Source of the DNA: Azolla caroliniana | Taxonomy: Eukaryota > Plantae > Polypodiophyta | Direction: 5' to 3' | Assembly (NCBI GenBank): GCA_043228905.1 | Contig: JBHGNT010000006.1 | Coordinates: 8,556,001 to 8,620,000 of the forward strand | DNA: 64,000 nt | Shown here: in pieces, positions 1 to 14,929 of the stretch | How positions within the stretch are numbered: the first letter of the stretch is position 1 | Layout of the letters: every line of letters begins with the position of its first letter | The notes under the pieces: model-generated | The model's input: the letters and a program-made list of their open reading frames with translations, nothing else | Databases searched by the model: none | What the model was told of the DNA's origin: nothing | Program-made: the position numbers and the translations under genes

Positions 1-1451
1 TTAACCTACAATGTAAGAAGTTGAACCTTACAAATGTTGTAGTGATGGATATAGGTCAATTGGTAAGGTTGCCCAATAAGACAAGGAGGTCATGGGTTTA
101 AACCCTTACGTTCCATCCTAGGATCATGTGTATGACATTGGTACTCCTACTCGTTTTTAGTAGGCCCATATATTTGGGATGATACAACCAAATGTTGGAA
201 ATTCTTTAGCAGAACTCAATGTTAGTCATACACCCTAATTGACCTCTTAGGATTTTGATGAGTCCTAATCATCTACTTTGAAGTGGTTTACATCACCTTG
301 ATTGCCAACACCCATTCTTGAAAGGAGACCTCATTATAGACATTAATGTTTAGAGGATGTTCCTATGATAATGGTAGACCATATTTCTATTGACCTTAAA
401 CCTTGGGTTTGAAGCTCAACTATTTTGCTATTTTATGACAGTACCACATGGTTTTGACCCTTAAAATGCGACCCCGCCACACACCTTATGGTCTTCAATG
501 AACAACCTTCATCAATATACATACACCCACAAACCTCTACACAGACTCCTTTTCAACCACACTCACATTTATCCACCCACTCTTAATCTATTTTTCATGT
601 TGGGGTTAAAACCTATTGGGAATATATTTTTATTTCAACCAAATAGTACAATCTCATTACTTGCACTATTTTATATGTAGAACTTTTGGTCTTTCATTGA
701 CAACCTTATGAACTAAGTGATCTCCTTCTAGAACACCTCCACACATCATGAATGAAAAAGTTTCACTTTTGTCTCATAGTTCATATTGAATGGTTTGGGA
801 AGAGACTATAATCTATCTCTTATGTATTGTATAGGATTGACCCTATCTTATTGATAACATTTGGGTATCCCATGGAGCTAAAAACTTGTTTATCAATTGC
901 TTTGTCTCTGTCTGTGTGTCTGTCTCTCCCCTATTCCATAATGGTGTGTGAGCTTGTATGCCACCTTAATCTTAGAAAATTGTTCCTTCTAGTCCCCTTT
1001 TCATTTGATCGCACTATATGAATGTGCACGACACCTTTTTTTTTAAAAATGATCTCTTATAGTTTAATGTTTTGTGTGGCTAGCTACCTTATTTTTGAAG
1101 AAACATCTCTTTGTCGTTTTACTAATAGACCCAATAATCAAACCCATGTAAAAAGTAATATGATAACGTGCTCAAGGTTCCACGTGCGCACGCTTGTACG
1201 CACGCACACACACACACACACCACCCTCATTTTACTTTACCAAATCATCATTTTTTTATGTGGAGACGCGCCAAGTGATTTAATCAATGCATTATCAAAG
1301 AAAAACCACCCCATGATATCATGAGACTAGCAATTGCTTTTTATCTCATCTCCAAAAATGCAATGGATAAGAAGAGTTTTAAAGTACGAGCATGGCCACT
1401 ATGTTGATGACCCCCTTGCTAACATGTAAACTATATTGAGTCATTGTAGTT

Positions 1452-1624
1452 GATTATGAACTTCATGGATCAAACAAAACTTGAGAAGACCTTAATGTAA
1501 TTGTTTAATTATCACAATCATGAGATAAAGTTCAAGGATTATGAACTTCATGGATCAAACAAAAATTGAGAAGACCTTAATGTAATTGTTTAATTATCAC
1601 AATCATGAGATAAAGTTCAAGGAT
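1452..1624. repeat. Direct tandem duplication, 85-bp unit x2
   Basis: GATTATGAACTTCATGGATCAAAC...AAAGTTCAAGGAT occurs at 1452 and 1537 with one mismatch. Confidence 0.9.
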
Positions 1625-4600
1625 AAATTTATTTAAGATATTGTAAAGTCTAGACTGCACAATCTTTTCATTTCTATCTATATAGTTCAATTGGGGCGTC
1701 TATGGGGAAAGAAGTACATTGCTTCGCAAAAGAAATTAGAGGTGCAAAATGTTGATCGCGGATGGGATTTGCCAAGATCTTTATTTCCTTTGTCCTTTGA
1801 AAGGAGAAATATAATAATAGAGAACACTATAATACACGTTAAAGCACAAAGTGAAAACATTACTTACATCATATGACCTCAATGGAAGTTTGTTTTGTCT
1901 AACGTGAGCAACATGATTACATTTGAAAATGAACGATATATACATATTGGTTTAGAGATTTGCATAGCACTAAGCATACCCCCTCAATGGAAGATGACTC
2001 ACTAATATGTCTTCCTAAGCAAAAACCTCTTCCTTCACAACAAACATATATAGACTATGACCAAGTAACTTTGATCTCTTTGCATGTTGTGGGTTATGCC
2101 TACTTCATCACTATTTCAATACCTTTATGGAAAAGGGCTGAGTAATAAAGAATGTGAACATGAATAAAATGCTCTAAGTTAGTTTCCTATGTGGGTTGGT
2201 TGTGCGTTGTGTGGAGATGTTTTCTATAATTGGTTAGGTTTCCTTTTCATGCATTGGATAACATATCTTTCATGAGGGAATACTATAAATCTATGGTAGT
2301 TGAACATGAAGTGCATGTTTTTGGTGATAATGTGATGTTTGGAGGAAAATTTACTATGGGCAAAATTAGATTTAGGTGGATGAGGACACCATTTTCCAAA
2401 ACATAATATGGGATAAAAGACACCGGTAGCTTGGTCATGATACATGGAGAATGGGGCATACTAGATTTTTTTAATGTGAACTAGGCCATGCACATGTATT
2501 GCATGATAGAAGTGTGATTGAAGGAAATTTAAAGATTTAGCTAGCTAGTTTCTCATAAGTCAGAATGTATGATTTGACAACCTAGTCTATATCTTGATAG
2601 GTTATAATATTTCTAATAAAAGTCTTCTTTATTGGATTTGTAAAGCATTGTTTCGACACACACTTATCCTCTTCCAAGTTCGTGGCCACGCAAATGCTTG
2701 TTTCCTTTTTGTCTTCAAGGGCAAACCTTTATCATTACCATTTCAATTTATTATATATAATTCTCAAGTGCACCAATAAGGTGCCCTCATTCATTCACGA
2801 CCCAACATGCTCCTTCAGCCGATGCACAAGTGTATGCAATAGATATATTGATGATAACCTTGACAATTTGACTATTATAAATGGTTTAGAATGTAAATAT
2901 AGGATACAATACATTTTTCAATTTTCTATTGTAGCATATATCAAATCAATATTGCCTCGATTTTTATACAATTGAAACACTTATTGATGCATCAAATCAA
3001 TCCGTGGGCTCCGTAAACTTGATTTTTTTGCTCCCTATGAATATGATTACTCACACATCTTTTGCATTGTAAGATTCTTAGATGCATGAACATGATCTCC
3101 TTGAACATGATGTACGAAATGCGTCTACGACTTTTTTGACTAAACCATGGAGTGTTTGGTCAAAATCTTCTCACCTATCATTCACATCCAATCCTCCCTC
3201 TAATATTCCCGACGAAATTTTCCTTAGGATACACATTCTTCATGTACCACGAAGAGAAGTCATACATAGATTCATGTATATAAAATAAAGTGGGTCCTAC
3301 TTAATGAATCACGATAATATAATATCTTGCTCACCAATTTTTGACACAAACTTATTTGTTTAACATTCTATTATCCTACGAGACACATGTATATTATTCT
3401 ACCTTTGAGTGGGTAAATTTGCTAGTTCCCTTTCTACATAACACTTGATTTAGAGCACTTCGTGGACATAAGAAAAGTTATACGACATATTTTTGTGTAT
3501 CTTTGTTGGTAAAAAATTGATTTTTATCTCCTTAGACATCGTCCTAACTCTAGGTGGAATAATCTACACACATCATTGTTTTCTTACGCTTTTCTTTGTG
3601 ATGACAATGGTCCTTCTCAACACCCCTAGAGTTCTCGAGCAATGTTTATCCAAGTCTTATATTTTGTATAAGATTGTCCTTTAGTACAATCACTAATACA
3701 AGAATTCAGATGTATAGTACATCACATTTCATACATGCCTTTTCAGATTTCAAACTGTCATAAATTCAATAAAATATTGGACTCAAAATGTACGAGTTTA
3801 AAACATGCCTAATCGCATGAAAATTAAGGTTAAGCACAGAATCAAGAAAAGGATAGTAAACGACATAGGATGTATGGAATATATTTAAGTACAAAGTTGA
3901 TCCTTGTAATCAATCATGATTAAGGATACTATATTAACGTAATGTTCCGAAAAATATTATACTATTATTAGATAATGTCCTTGATATGATATCATATTTG
4001 ATCTTAGCATTAACATCATCATTGGCTTAGGGCTAGTTGAATAGCTACTTAGTACTACATTAAAATTCTTGCTAGGGTTCAAGTTTTGAAATTGGTTACA
4101 TACTTAAGGTGAGATTAATGAGAACCATTGATGTTCATAAAATTACATAGGACTCCTTAATCATATTTATACCATTGAAATTTACTAATCGTTCCCTTAT
4201 AGTTATAAGAATTGGATTTTGCACTATGTGAGTGGCACATAGTGCCTTGCACATGTGAGCCCAATTCATAGTTAATAGTTTGTTACACATTATTCATAAT
4301 GTACTAGCTTGTAGATTCATATGCATTAGGTTACTCTTTATACTTATTGGTATACATTATCTTGAAGACATCACCCCACTCCACAACTCATGCTTTGCCA
4401 CTTTTATGTGTAGGATAAGGCCATATTAAGAATTGAACTAGTGCCATATTAAGGCCATATTAACAACACCAATCAACCTTGAGATAAATATAAAATACCA
4501 TTGGTGTCTCATACCATTGAGTATTAACTTATATTATACATTCGTAATTCAATAACAAAGTCGATAAAGAGGGCTTAGCCTCACAAATAGAATCTTGTCA

Positions 4601-5859
4601 ACTTCTCAAGATGCCATAATGAAGGGGGTAACTAGTCCCTTTTATATAATTGAACACCAAAGGATTTTAGACCATCACGTGTTCCATATTGATTGAGGTT
4701 ATAGATGAGGTAGGTTGGACATTTGTATCAATAAAAGCCTAGCCAAATGAAAAACAAATTATGTATATCATAAACTAATTGATAGGTGTGCACGGATGCT
4801 AGAACAAGTTAGTTAAGGCTGGGAAATCACAAAGTCCCGTAGGTGGTGACAGAGTGTGGTACAAAAGGGGTGGTGATATTGTCTTCCTTTTAAAGAATGA
4901 TGTTTATTTAGAGTGTCATGGTGAATGGATTGCCTCTAGGAGTTGCTTTGTGGACATAAAGTATGGCTTTTGGAATGTGTTTGTTTTGCACAATTTTAGA
5001 GGAAGATACTCAACATCGATTTATTAATTTTCTAGTGGCAGGGGCTATTTGGAAGTTTATATCTACAATTTGGGCTTCTCCAAGTGGAGGGTTGACATCC
5101 TCTTTTCAATGCGTGTTTGGTTGTGTGGACTAGAGAATGCCTTCTTCGCATTTGAGGATTGCCTTTCAACTTCTCTAGTATTGGAATTATGGGACAATTG
5201 GTTTATAAGGAATACCATTGTATTTGGTACTCAATACAGGGCCCAAAGACACATTCGACGATTAAAAGGCATATTGGCATGGTAGTTCTCCTTGTTGGAG
5301 ACTTCAAGGAGATCGGTCAACATAGGAGGAATTAGAGATTTGTAGGTTGGCAAGGCATCATGTCTGTCATCTGCATTGGCCTTTTATCACATTAGATTGT
5401 ATAGGTCAATAGCAATATACCTCAACATGAAGGGTGCAATGCGAACCCTAATTGATATTTGTGATGATTTTGTTTTGTTTTAAAAAAGAAAGAAAGATAC
5501 ACCTTAGTATATTACTTGAGAAATGTAAATAGAGAAAATAGAAGGAGACATTTCGTCTCACTTCTATTGTGATACAAAGGCTAATATCAACATTTGATCA
5601 AACAGATGATATCATATAAGAAACAAGTGGAGCAAAAACTATGAGCTATGCAACAAAAAAGGTCTAGCATAATTCCACCTCAGACAAGAAGTTGTATCTG
5701 AAAATAAGTGACTCCCTTGCCATTGTTTCTTAAAGCCCACTTGACGTTGCCATAGAACATCAACTGAACCTTGCAGATCATCAATTGACCACATAGTGTA
5801 TGGACAAATAACAACCAAAATTCAATAAGCATGGTGCGAAGATGTATGTGAGCATTATT

Positions 5860-6116
5860 AAAAATGGCATCACATCTCCCTTTCTATATTATCCAAAGAG
5901 CTAATAACTTAATAAGGTATCATATTCCACTTATTGTAATTATGAAATTAATACACTATATGTATATCTATGTAGTGCTATATCTCTATAGGCTAGCCAC
6001 TTGTTTTCAAGAGCATAACCTAGTAGGAGGTGGTGGATTTAACTCCCAATTGTCTCCTTGAAAATATTTTTTGAATTTTTGCGATTTTGTTCCATGCATT
6101 AAGAGGGATAGTGTTG
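5860..6116 (-). mobile_element. Degenerate LINE fragment related to the LINE at 21354-23062
   Basis: TTGTTTTCAAGAGCATAACCT (6001) and GTTCCATGCATTAAGAG (6089) match the LINE at ~22171 and ~22259 with similar spacing. Boundaries are approximate. Confidence 0.55.
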
Positions 6117-6124
6117 GTAGAAAG

Positions 6125-6759
6125 CATAGATTGACACATGCGTGATATTCGTGATATTCCCCATCTGCAATATTCTCAATATTCGAGAATACAAAATGGC
6201 CCCAAGAATATTAAAAAACCATTCGTTTTGTAAAATAAATATAAAAAGTTATTTATTTATTAAAATAAATGTATTTCACCAAAAAAAAACAATTATTCAT
6301 TAATAGATTATAGTGTCAAGAGAGTTTATGAAACTTATTTTAATTAATTAATTTTTTAAAAACGTATGTTTATATTTATTATACAAATATGATTAGTATG
6401 AACTTTTAAGATATGATTAGTTTAAAGTGCCATTTTTAATGTCAAGATAAAAATATTCATAAATTTTGAGGAAATAAAAAGTGAGAAATTAATGAGCCTT
6501 TATTTTATTTAATTTATTTATTAAAAATAAAACGACAATACATTTATTATAAAAATTTAGTAGTCTCAAATCCCCAAAGTCCCTCTTTTATTATCCCTAT
6601 TTATTGTTAAGTTCCTTTTTTTTATCGTAGGAAATGTTTTTAAAAAAAGTTTTTTTTGTTTGGGGGGGGAGGTAAAACGAATATTTGACTACCCATTCGC
6701 ATTCGTATTCGTTTACATTCGAATGGGAAACCCCACGAATGCGAATTTGTCAATCTATG
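6125..6759. mobile_element. Non-autonomous hAT-type MITE, copy 1
   Basis: Perfect 12-bp TIR CATAGATTGACA / TGTCAATCTATG and an 8-bp TSD GTAGAAAG (6117-6124, 6760-6767). The interior is AT-rich and non-coding. An 8-bp TSD with a CA.. terminus is typical of hAT. Confidence 0.9.
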
Positions 6760-9700
6760 GTAGAAAGATTGAGAATTGATTAGATAGACATATAGAGTTA
6801 CATTTACAAAGAAGTATATTTATTAGCACAAACTTTCTATTACATCTGAGAGTAGCTCACAACAATAACCCTCCCATGCATTCACACCTTAGAGAATGGA
6901 TGGGATCTGAACTAATCGACCATATAGTTAGTTGCAACAAATAATAGTCACAACAACTACATATGTAAGAGAAAGAAAATGGATATTTATATTTTGTGTT
7001 TTCTCTTAAGGTCACATTCAATGTGCAAGTCAGTTAATAGTAATGGGGACATTACCTTTTTGTCAACTAACAATGTTAGACAATACTTATCTTAAACTCA
7101 ATGGCACATACCTTAAGACTAAGTACATCTTAACTTGCTAACAAGGAATAATATTTAAGTAGATTCGACTAGTCAATCCTATACCCATTGAATCCTCAAT
7201 ATGAATGTATGTAAGAAGTCACTTATAATAAGAGTTATATTTGTTGTTTTGTGATTACAAATATTTTTTGTTTCCTTATTGACATCCTCAATATGAATGT
7301 ATGTTTATGAGATCAACATGATTGTGCTATAATTTGATATTTGATATTTGATATTTATCTTCTACTTTGAAAATTAGCTTAATCCAATTCATGAATAAAT
7401 CATTTAGCAAACCTTGTTTAAAAGCCCGATCTATAAGAGTCATTATCCAATGATAAGTTTGTGGCATTGAGCATTTTAAGAGCTCACTTGTAATAAGAGT
7501 TACATTTATTGTTTTGTAATTACAAATGTTTTTGTTCCCTTGTTGACATCCTCAATATGAATGTATGTATTACAAAATGTTTCAATTTTTGCAATTGTAG
7601 GGGCGACTCCCTTATAAATATATAGGCTTCATACATATTCTAGCATCTTTTTGTTTGCGATTCAATTCTTATATCTTCCCTTTTACCCTTGAGTTATCAC
7701 CATGCTAGTTTTGGGCGCAACATAAACAACATTTTCCTTTTTCCTTTCTTTTATTTGGAGGTATTATCTTTTCTTTCTTTTCAGTACTTTTTTATATAGG
7801 CATCACGCCACAACCCTTTCACTTTCCCATTTTGCAAACTTAAATAGTTTGAGATACATATTGCAATCCACAACAAATCAGGCCGTACTAATATCCTGCC
7901 TTAAGGATGACATCTTTCAAGTGTTTCCAAATTTCTTTGACATCATTATTGAAAGAGAGCTTTGTCCAATGGTTCTCAATTTCTATTGATATATTACCTT
8001 TTTTATAACAAGGTTGAATGGTGTATATTCTTTCCTTTTTTAATCCACTGCATTTGTTGATGGAGTATGAGAGTAAGATTCAAATACAAGGGCTTATGGT
8101 TTGAGTAAGGGATAGAGGATCAAATTTAAATCATTCACCATAGATATGTCCCATCCCTTAATCAATATAATCTACCACACTTCTTCTATCTAAGGTTAGG
8201 AAAAATGTGAGTACATTCATCAAAGAAAAAACATATATATCTTCAAGGCAATAAAGTTTGCATAGACAAGCATATGTATAAGAATCCTTCCACAATTCAT
8301 CATAGTACAATACTTTGAGCATGTAATATATAGACAATGATCCACTATATTTTCTTCTTATATCTCTCTATATTTTGGTATCTCAAACATTAAAATCCTC
8401 CATAATCAACACTTTACCAAGCTTCTAAAAAATGTATATATCTTGACATAAGTATGTAAAAGGGTCATCAATGATCACGTTCCAACCCATATCTACTGCA
8501 ATAGTTTGATTCTTATGAGGAATGTGGCATACAACTATTTAGAGCTTCTCTTTGCCTATTTATTAATCTCTATCCAAAGGTATCACTTACAATCATCATA
8601 CTTAAAACACTTTTCTTAACTATCAAGCTTTAATGGTACATGCTATCCTTTTTTCTTTCTTCCAAAAAATGGTACATGCTATCCTTGCACATCCAAATAT
8701 TCCCTTTGGAATGATGCAATATCGAATTTATCGTGTAACCATCTCCCTTAGGTATGCGTTTTGCCTCATGCTCCTAAGTTTCAACAAAAAATATGTCAGT
8801 GAGTTTCATCACTTGGTCCTAACGCCATATCCCATGAAGATCATATACAATTCCAAAACATGACTTCCAAACTTCAAGTATGTGTTGTCTCATATGTCCT
8901 CGCTACGCATTTTGAATTCCTTTCCTAAATACATATACTTGCCTTCCACATTCTTGCTCCTTTGGAGTTCGATCCTCTATTATAAAGAAATTTGTACCCT
9001 TCAGTTACAACCTCTACTATATAGAGTGATAGCTCTTTCGTATTTATCTAGGATTGTGCAAACAATAACTCAACAAGATTATGTTCCTTTTGAAGTTTTG
9101 TTACTAACCTTATGTGCAACCATAGATTGACATATTCACATTCATGGTCCCCCCCACGAATGCAAATGAATACGAACATGAATGGTTGTAAAAGTATTTG
9201 TTTTTTTTTGAAAAAAATATTCGTTTTTTTCCTCGCCTCCATCTGCATCCTATGCATGATGCCTACATCCTCGCCTCCCCCTCCATGTAGTTTGTGATGC
9301 CTAAATCCTCGGATCCCCTTGCATCATGTTCTCAGCCTAAAAACTAGGGTTTCGATTGAAAACCCTAATTTCGGACATATTTTCTCTTCATGGCCAACAT
9401 CCTCGTCTCCCTCCACATCCTTTGTGTGATGGATGTATTGATGTTCTCAATATGCAAACTTAGGGTTTTGTAAAAACCATAATTTTGGCTGAAACCCTAA
9501 TGATTTAATTATTAGTGAATTCATTAATTTTTTAGTGAATTAAATAATTTTTATTATATAAATTTATTTTGAAAAAAGAATGGTTTTATATATTGTAAAA
9601 TGCACATAAAGAGATCAAAACCAACCTAGTTAGCTTCTTACTTCTTGCTCAATTTATAGTCGATACAAAGGTACCCATTTGGGTTGGCTTAGCTACATGC

Positions 9701-10053
9701 ATACTAAAAAGGCTGTGCTGAAAGGGTGGTTGACATAGTTTCATACATGCGAAAAAGGGTGTGCCAAAAGGGTGGCACAAAAGAACACATGCACGCCACA
9801 TTCCCCCCCTGAGAGAAACAAGGAGGTTTACGACATGGGGAAACGAGGGTTAGAAGATAGGCCCTTGGTGGCATAGGGCTTGATGCAGCTAACATGGGCG
9901 AAGGTGAATCTGCCGTTGGAATCACATGGGAACAAGTACGTAGTGGATATGATGGCATGAACTACGGTAAACGGGCCGATCCATCAATGCATGAGGGATT
10001 TACTGAGATTGCATCACCAGACTGGGAAGTAAGTTACAAGGACTTTGGTTCCA

Positions 10054-10679
10054 TCAACATAAGTTAGGGTAATTCAACCCACATGATAGTGCTGCTTCTA
10101 GCGCTGTTGTGTGGCTTGTAGGTTTCGGGAATTGGCTTGTTAAAGGAGGGGGAGCATTTTTTGGGAGATAGAGCCCCCAAGTGGCACTATTTATGTTGGT
10201 AGATTTGGAATGGACGATTCTGGTGGGAGGCGAGGGTCGTGCCCATAGAGTGCTCGAAAAGGGCTGGTCCGTGTTGACACTTGTATGGATGTATTGTAGG
10301 CGTGGGTGACGAAAGGCAAGATTTGATCCGAGGTTTTGTGGCATGGATCGATGTAAGCAGCTATCTCCTGCTTGAGGGTCTTGTTGAGGTTCGGTGAGGC
10401 TATTTATTTGAGGATGGTATGGGGACATAAACACTTTCTGGACACCTAGTTGAGCCGTTACGACGTTGAGGACATCCCCGTGGAACTGGTGGCCCTGATC
10501 CGATAATAGTTGGACGGGGCAACCATATTGAAAAATTAGCTTGTGCAAAAGTTGGGAGGTGATTGTTGGCACAGTGACGTTAGGGATGGCAACGGTTTCA
10601 ACCCATTTGGTGAGGTATTTTGTTATGACCAAGATATATTTGTTGCCTCGGGGGGTTTCGGGAAAAGGTCCCATGAAAT
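10054..10679 (-). pseudogene. Gypsy C integrase core, C-terminal part, disrupted
   Basis: FMGPFPETPRGNKYILVITKYLTKWVE...LLSDQGHQF...SPYHPQINSL. Removing the copia insertion restores PFELVGWDFMGPF. Confidence 0.85.
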
Positions 10680-12882
10680 TGTTGTATGAGGAATTGGCCA
10701 CAACTGATTATCACTCACTTATAAAATGAAGGAACAGAAAAATGAATACACAAAATGAGAAAACACGGAGACACAGGATGTTTTTACGTGGAAAACCCGA
10801 AAGGGAAAAGAAAACTACACGGGTCCACAAACCCCAAGATTCAACAAATCACTATATATAGAGAGGAGAATACAAGGAGACTCGGAGGCAACGACCTCGA
10901 GCTTGTCTTCGTTTAACAGACAGTGTCAGAGTTACAACTTAGACTCTCTCTTACTCTTTTAGTTACAATGGCAACAACCAATAGTAACTATGCAACTATG
11001 ATCAACTACAATGATAATGATTGCCCTAGATGTATTTATAATAATACAACATTCAAGGCTATTTACGAATATAGCCCACAAGGGCACATTAACTCTATTT
11101 ACAGATATAGCCCCAAGAAGGCTAATATTAGATTAAGTCAAACTTCCAGAACGTATCAGGCATCCTTCACTAGTCTGCACCTGGTCAATGTCACCAGACA
11201 CACATCTCCTATGCCAACAATTCGGCATGCTCCTTCATTTCCCATATTTACAAGACCGTGGTCTCCGACCTTGTATGATGAGAAGCACTTTTTGTCAAGG
11301 GTTAGGTGAAACGACGCACTCGAATCGACCACCCATGTCGATTCTTCGCCTGCGAGATTGACTTCATTCTGTTCACTAATAAACAACAACTCCTCTTCAC
11401 TCGCGGTGATTGCTGAGGCGTTCTTTTTGTCTTGGATATTCTTTGGCTCTACACCATTAGCTCCCCCTTTCTCTTTCCGGAAGTGTCAATAATGCTTTTG
11501 AAAGTGCCCTGGCTTCCCAAAATAGACGCATGTGGGCCTTCCCCTTGACTTCGACTTTGTCCCCGACTTCTCTCGGTTTTGATGAATTCTATTTCGGCCT
11601 CTTCCCCGGTTCATATCACCTTTTGTGACTAAGGCCTTCAGCTCGATGATTGCCTCTCTGTCCTTCCGACGAGCTTCCTCATTCAGTAAGCTTGATTTCA
11701 CCTTCTCCAGGGATAAATGCTTCCCATCCGGTCTAGCGTTGTCCAATGTGACAATGAGGGTTTCCTAGTTCTTCGTAAGGGATCCTAGCAATAGTAATGC
11801 TAATACCTCGTCGGCTAGAGGTACTGCTAGAGAGGTGGTCTGGTTGATCATCCCCTAGAAGGCATTCAGGTGCTCTGCCCTGCTAGAGCCATCCAAATAT
11901 TGGAGTCTCATGATCTTTTGGAACACGGAGACTCTGTTGACAACATTTTTGTTTTCGAACATAATGTCGATCTTCTCCCAGAGGACATCTGCCTTGTTCT
12001 CTTCATTAAAGTCGTTGTATAGACTCATGTCTATAAAACACCTTATGTATGCGGACGCCTTCAGATGCATGACTTCCCAAGTCAATGCATTGATCTTGTT
12101 TGGCTTAGTCTTGCCGTATTGCACCAGCAACCATAAGTCTTTGCACACAAGCATGTCCCGCATCTTCGACTTCCACACTGAATAGTTGGAGCCGGTTAGT
12201 TTGAACATGCCGCCAAATGAGTCTTCCATCGCTTTGATACCAGTTTGTTGTATGAAGAATCGTCCACAACCAATTATCACTCACTTATAAAATGAAGGAA
12301 CAGAAAAATGAATACACAAAACGAGAAAACATGAAGACACAAGATGTTTTTATGTGGAAAACTTGAAAGGGAAAAAAAACCACGGGGGTTCACAAACCCC
12401 AAGAAACAAATCACTATATATAGAGAGAGGAATACAAGGATACTCGGAGGCAACAACCTCGAGCTCGTCTTCGTCTAACAAACGACAGCGTAGTTACAAC
12501 TCTCTCAGTCTCTCTCTCTCACTCAGTCTCTCTCTTACTCTCTTAGTTACAGTGGCAACAACCAACAATAACTATGCAACTATGATCAACAACAATGATA
12601 ATGCTTGCCCTAGATGTATTTATACTAATACAACATTCAGGGCTATTTACAAATAAAGCCCACAAGCCCACAAGGGCACGTGCATTAACCATATTTACAA
12701 ATATAGCCCAAAGTCGGCTACAACTGAGCCGAATCGATTCGAATTTGATTATTCGGCCACGATTGAATCGAACAATTGGTTTGATTTTTTCAGGCTCAAC
12801 TGAGTTGTTATCAACCGATTTGGTTCTCCCTTTTCTTCGACTCGTGCTCCTCTTCCCATCTAGAGGGACCTATTTCCTAACA
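10680..12882 (-). mobile_element. Internally deleted Ty1/copia element (gag and protease only)
   Basis: 5' LTR 12246-12882; partial 3' LTR 10680-~11124; PBS TGGTATCAAAGC (tRNA-iMet, 12231-12242); 5-bp TSD GAAAT. Gag (KLTGSNYSVWK), zinc-knuckle remnant and protease (WVVDSSASFH). Confidence 0.92.
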
Positions 12883-14929
12883 GAAATCCCATCCGACGAG
12901 CTCAAAAGGTGATGTGATGCTGATAGGTTGGAGCGTTCCAGCAGGCTTGCTTGCAAGTTTGATGTGTTGACCCAAAGCACATTGTTTGATGTAGGTAGAG
13001 ACAGAGTGCTGCATGTTGGGCTAGTAATACTTGAGGCATAATTTTTTGAGAACCTTATGGAAACTGAGATGGCCCGACAATGGATGGTCATGATAAAATT
13101 GGAGGTACGTTTGTTGTAGGGCATGAGGGATGTAGAGGTGAGGCTCATGATGCGCCACCATGTTATTGCAGAGCATGAATTGCCATTGTGAGGGAAATGG
13201 TTGGAGGGAGCGCAACTAATGGGCTATCTCTTGAATAGTGGGGTGGGTCATGTTGCCGAAGTGTAGCGAGTTGTGGTAGCGGCGACGGAAGACTGGATGG
13301 CTTGGGGAGAAATTGGACAACTTGGAAGTTGACACGAGAGAGACTATGAGCGACCAAATTGGTTACACCTTTCTGATAGGAGAGCGTAAGTTGATAATCT
13401 TGGAGTGCCAACGTCCATTGCAACAAACGGCCTGGGGTGTGAGGTCAATGGATAAGAGAAAGCAAGGGTTGATAGTCACTCTCAACCATTGTTTTGAGGC
13501 GACTAACGCTCTCTTCGCAAGCAGGATCCCAAACGAATGACACATCTTTCTTCAAGAGTTGGCGGAGGGGAAAAGTGACAAAGCCGAGGTTTGAGATGAA
13601 TCGAAGGAAAATTTAGGTGATCATGCCCAAAAACCATTGCAATGTTTTTTTTGAGGTGGGGCGGGGATAGTCAATGATGGCATCTACCTTTGCAGGGTCC
13701 ATGTGGATTCCATCGCAAGAGATGATGAAGCCGAGAAAACAGAGGTTGGTGCTTCCCTATCGACACTTCTTGTATTGGAGCTACAAGTTATGCTTAGTTA
13801 TATGAGCGAGGACTTCAATGAGAGTTTGTAGATGGTCCTCCTAAGTGGTAGTGTAGATAAGGATGTTGTCGAGATAAATGAGGAGGACGCCTTTGCTTAT
13901 GATGGTGGCGAAGATGGGGTTGGCTATGCGTTGGAATGTGATGCCAGCATCAGACAAACCGAACGACATGCGGGTGAATTGGGTTTAGCATACGGGTGAA
14001 CTGGAATAGCTTGCGGAGGAATGTGGTTTTGTGGGCGTCAGAAGGCTTTAGAGGGATCAAATAATATCCCGAGGCTAAGTCGAGGGAGGTGAAATAATGG
14101 GAGCCATTGACTTGATCCAAAAGGTCGTCCACTCAAGGGAGAGGGTAGAGGTCATGGATCGTCACTTTATTGAGAGGATTGAAGTTGATGCAAATGAGGA
14201 AGGTGCCATAATTTTTCCTTCTTGACGAGGTGGGGTTCTAAAACCCAATTGCTAGTGGAAGGATCAATAATACCTTTGGCGAGCATGTCCGTGATGAAAA
14301 CATCGATGGGATCGTGGTCGAGGGGGGAACGTTGGCGGGTAGCCATGTGGATGGGAGTGGCGTCCCCAGTACAAATGGCGTGTTGTATCAGGAAAGAAAC
14401 AGTAGGAGCATGTGTGGGTTGGAGGGCTAGTGACGGAAAACGAGCTAACAATTGGCGGATGGAGATAAATCTCTCTTGTGGACTATGGGCCACCTAGACT
14501 TAACTAAGGTAGGGGACATGGGGGCTATTGTGTAGGGGGGGGGATCGGCGGAGCTCGTGGGACAAGAAGTTGGTTGGCGGGGAAATCAATTATATCGTGA
14601 TGCTTGAGGAACCAATCTCAACCTAAGGTGAGGGGGAAGAGTTGGTGGGGCAAGACATAAAAGTGGTGTGAGAAAGTGAGACTGCCTAAGGTGACAATGC
14701 AATGGGGTTGCGTGTGAGAGTGGTATAGATGTTGGTGATCGCCAAAAAAGGACTTGGATGGAGGGAGCAACGAATGTCGGTAGGCCTAATTGGTGAACTA
14801 AGGCGACACTAATGGAAGAGATACCACTACTAGAGTATACCAAGATGGACTTGTGGGTGGAGTGATTAATGGTGGCGAGAGTGGTGCATACCTGCGAAGC
14901 GGAAGAGGCAGATGCTTGGATGTGGGGGG

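Noticed and set aside
498-5800. Short ORFs in the AT-rich left end
   Set aside because: No recognisable domains or exon structure. Probably heavily decayed repeats that I cannot classify.
9355-9500. AAACCCTAA telomere-like motifs
   Set aside because: These are isolated telo-box units inside the MITE, not an interstitial telomeric array.
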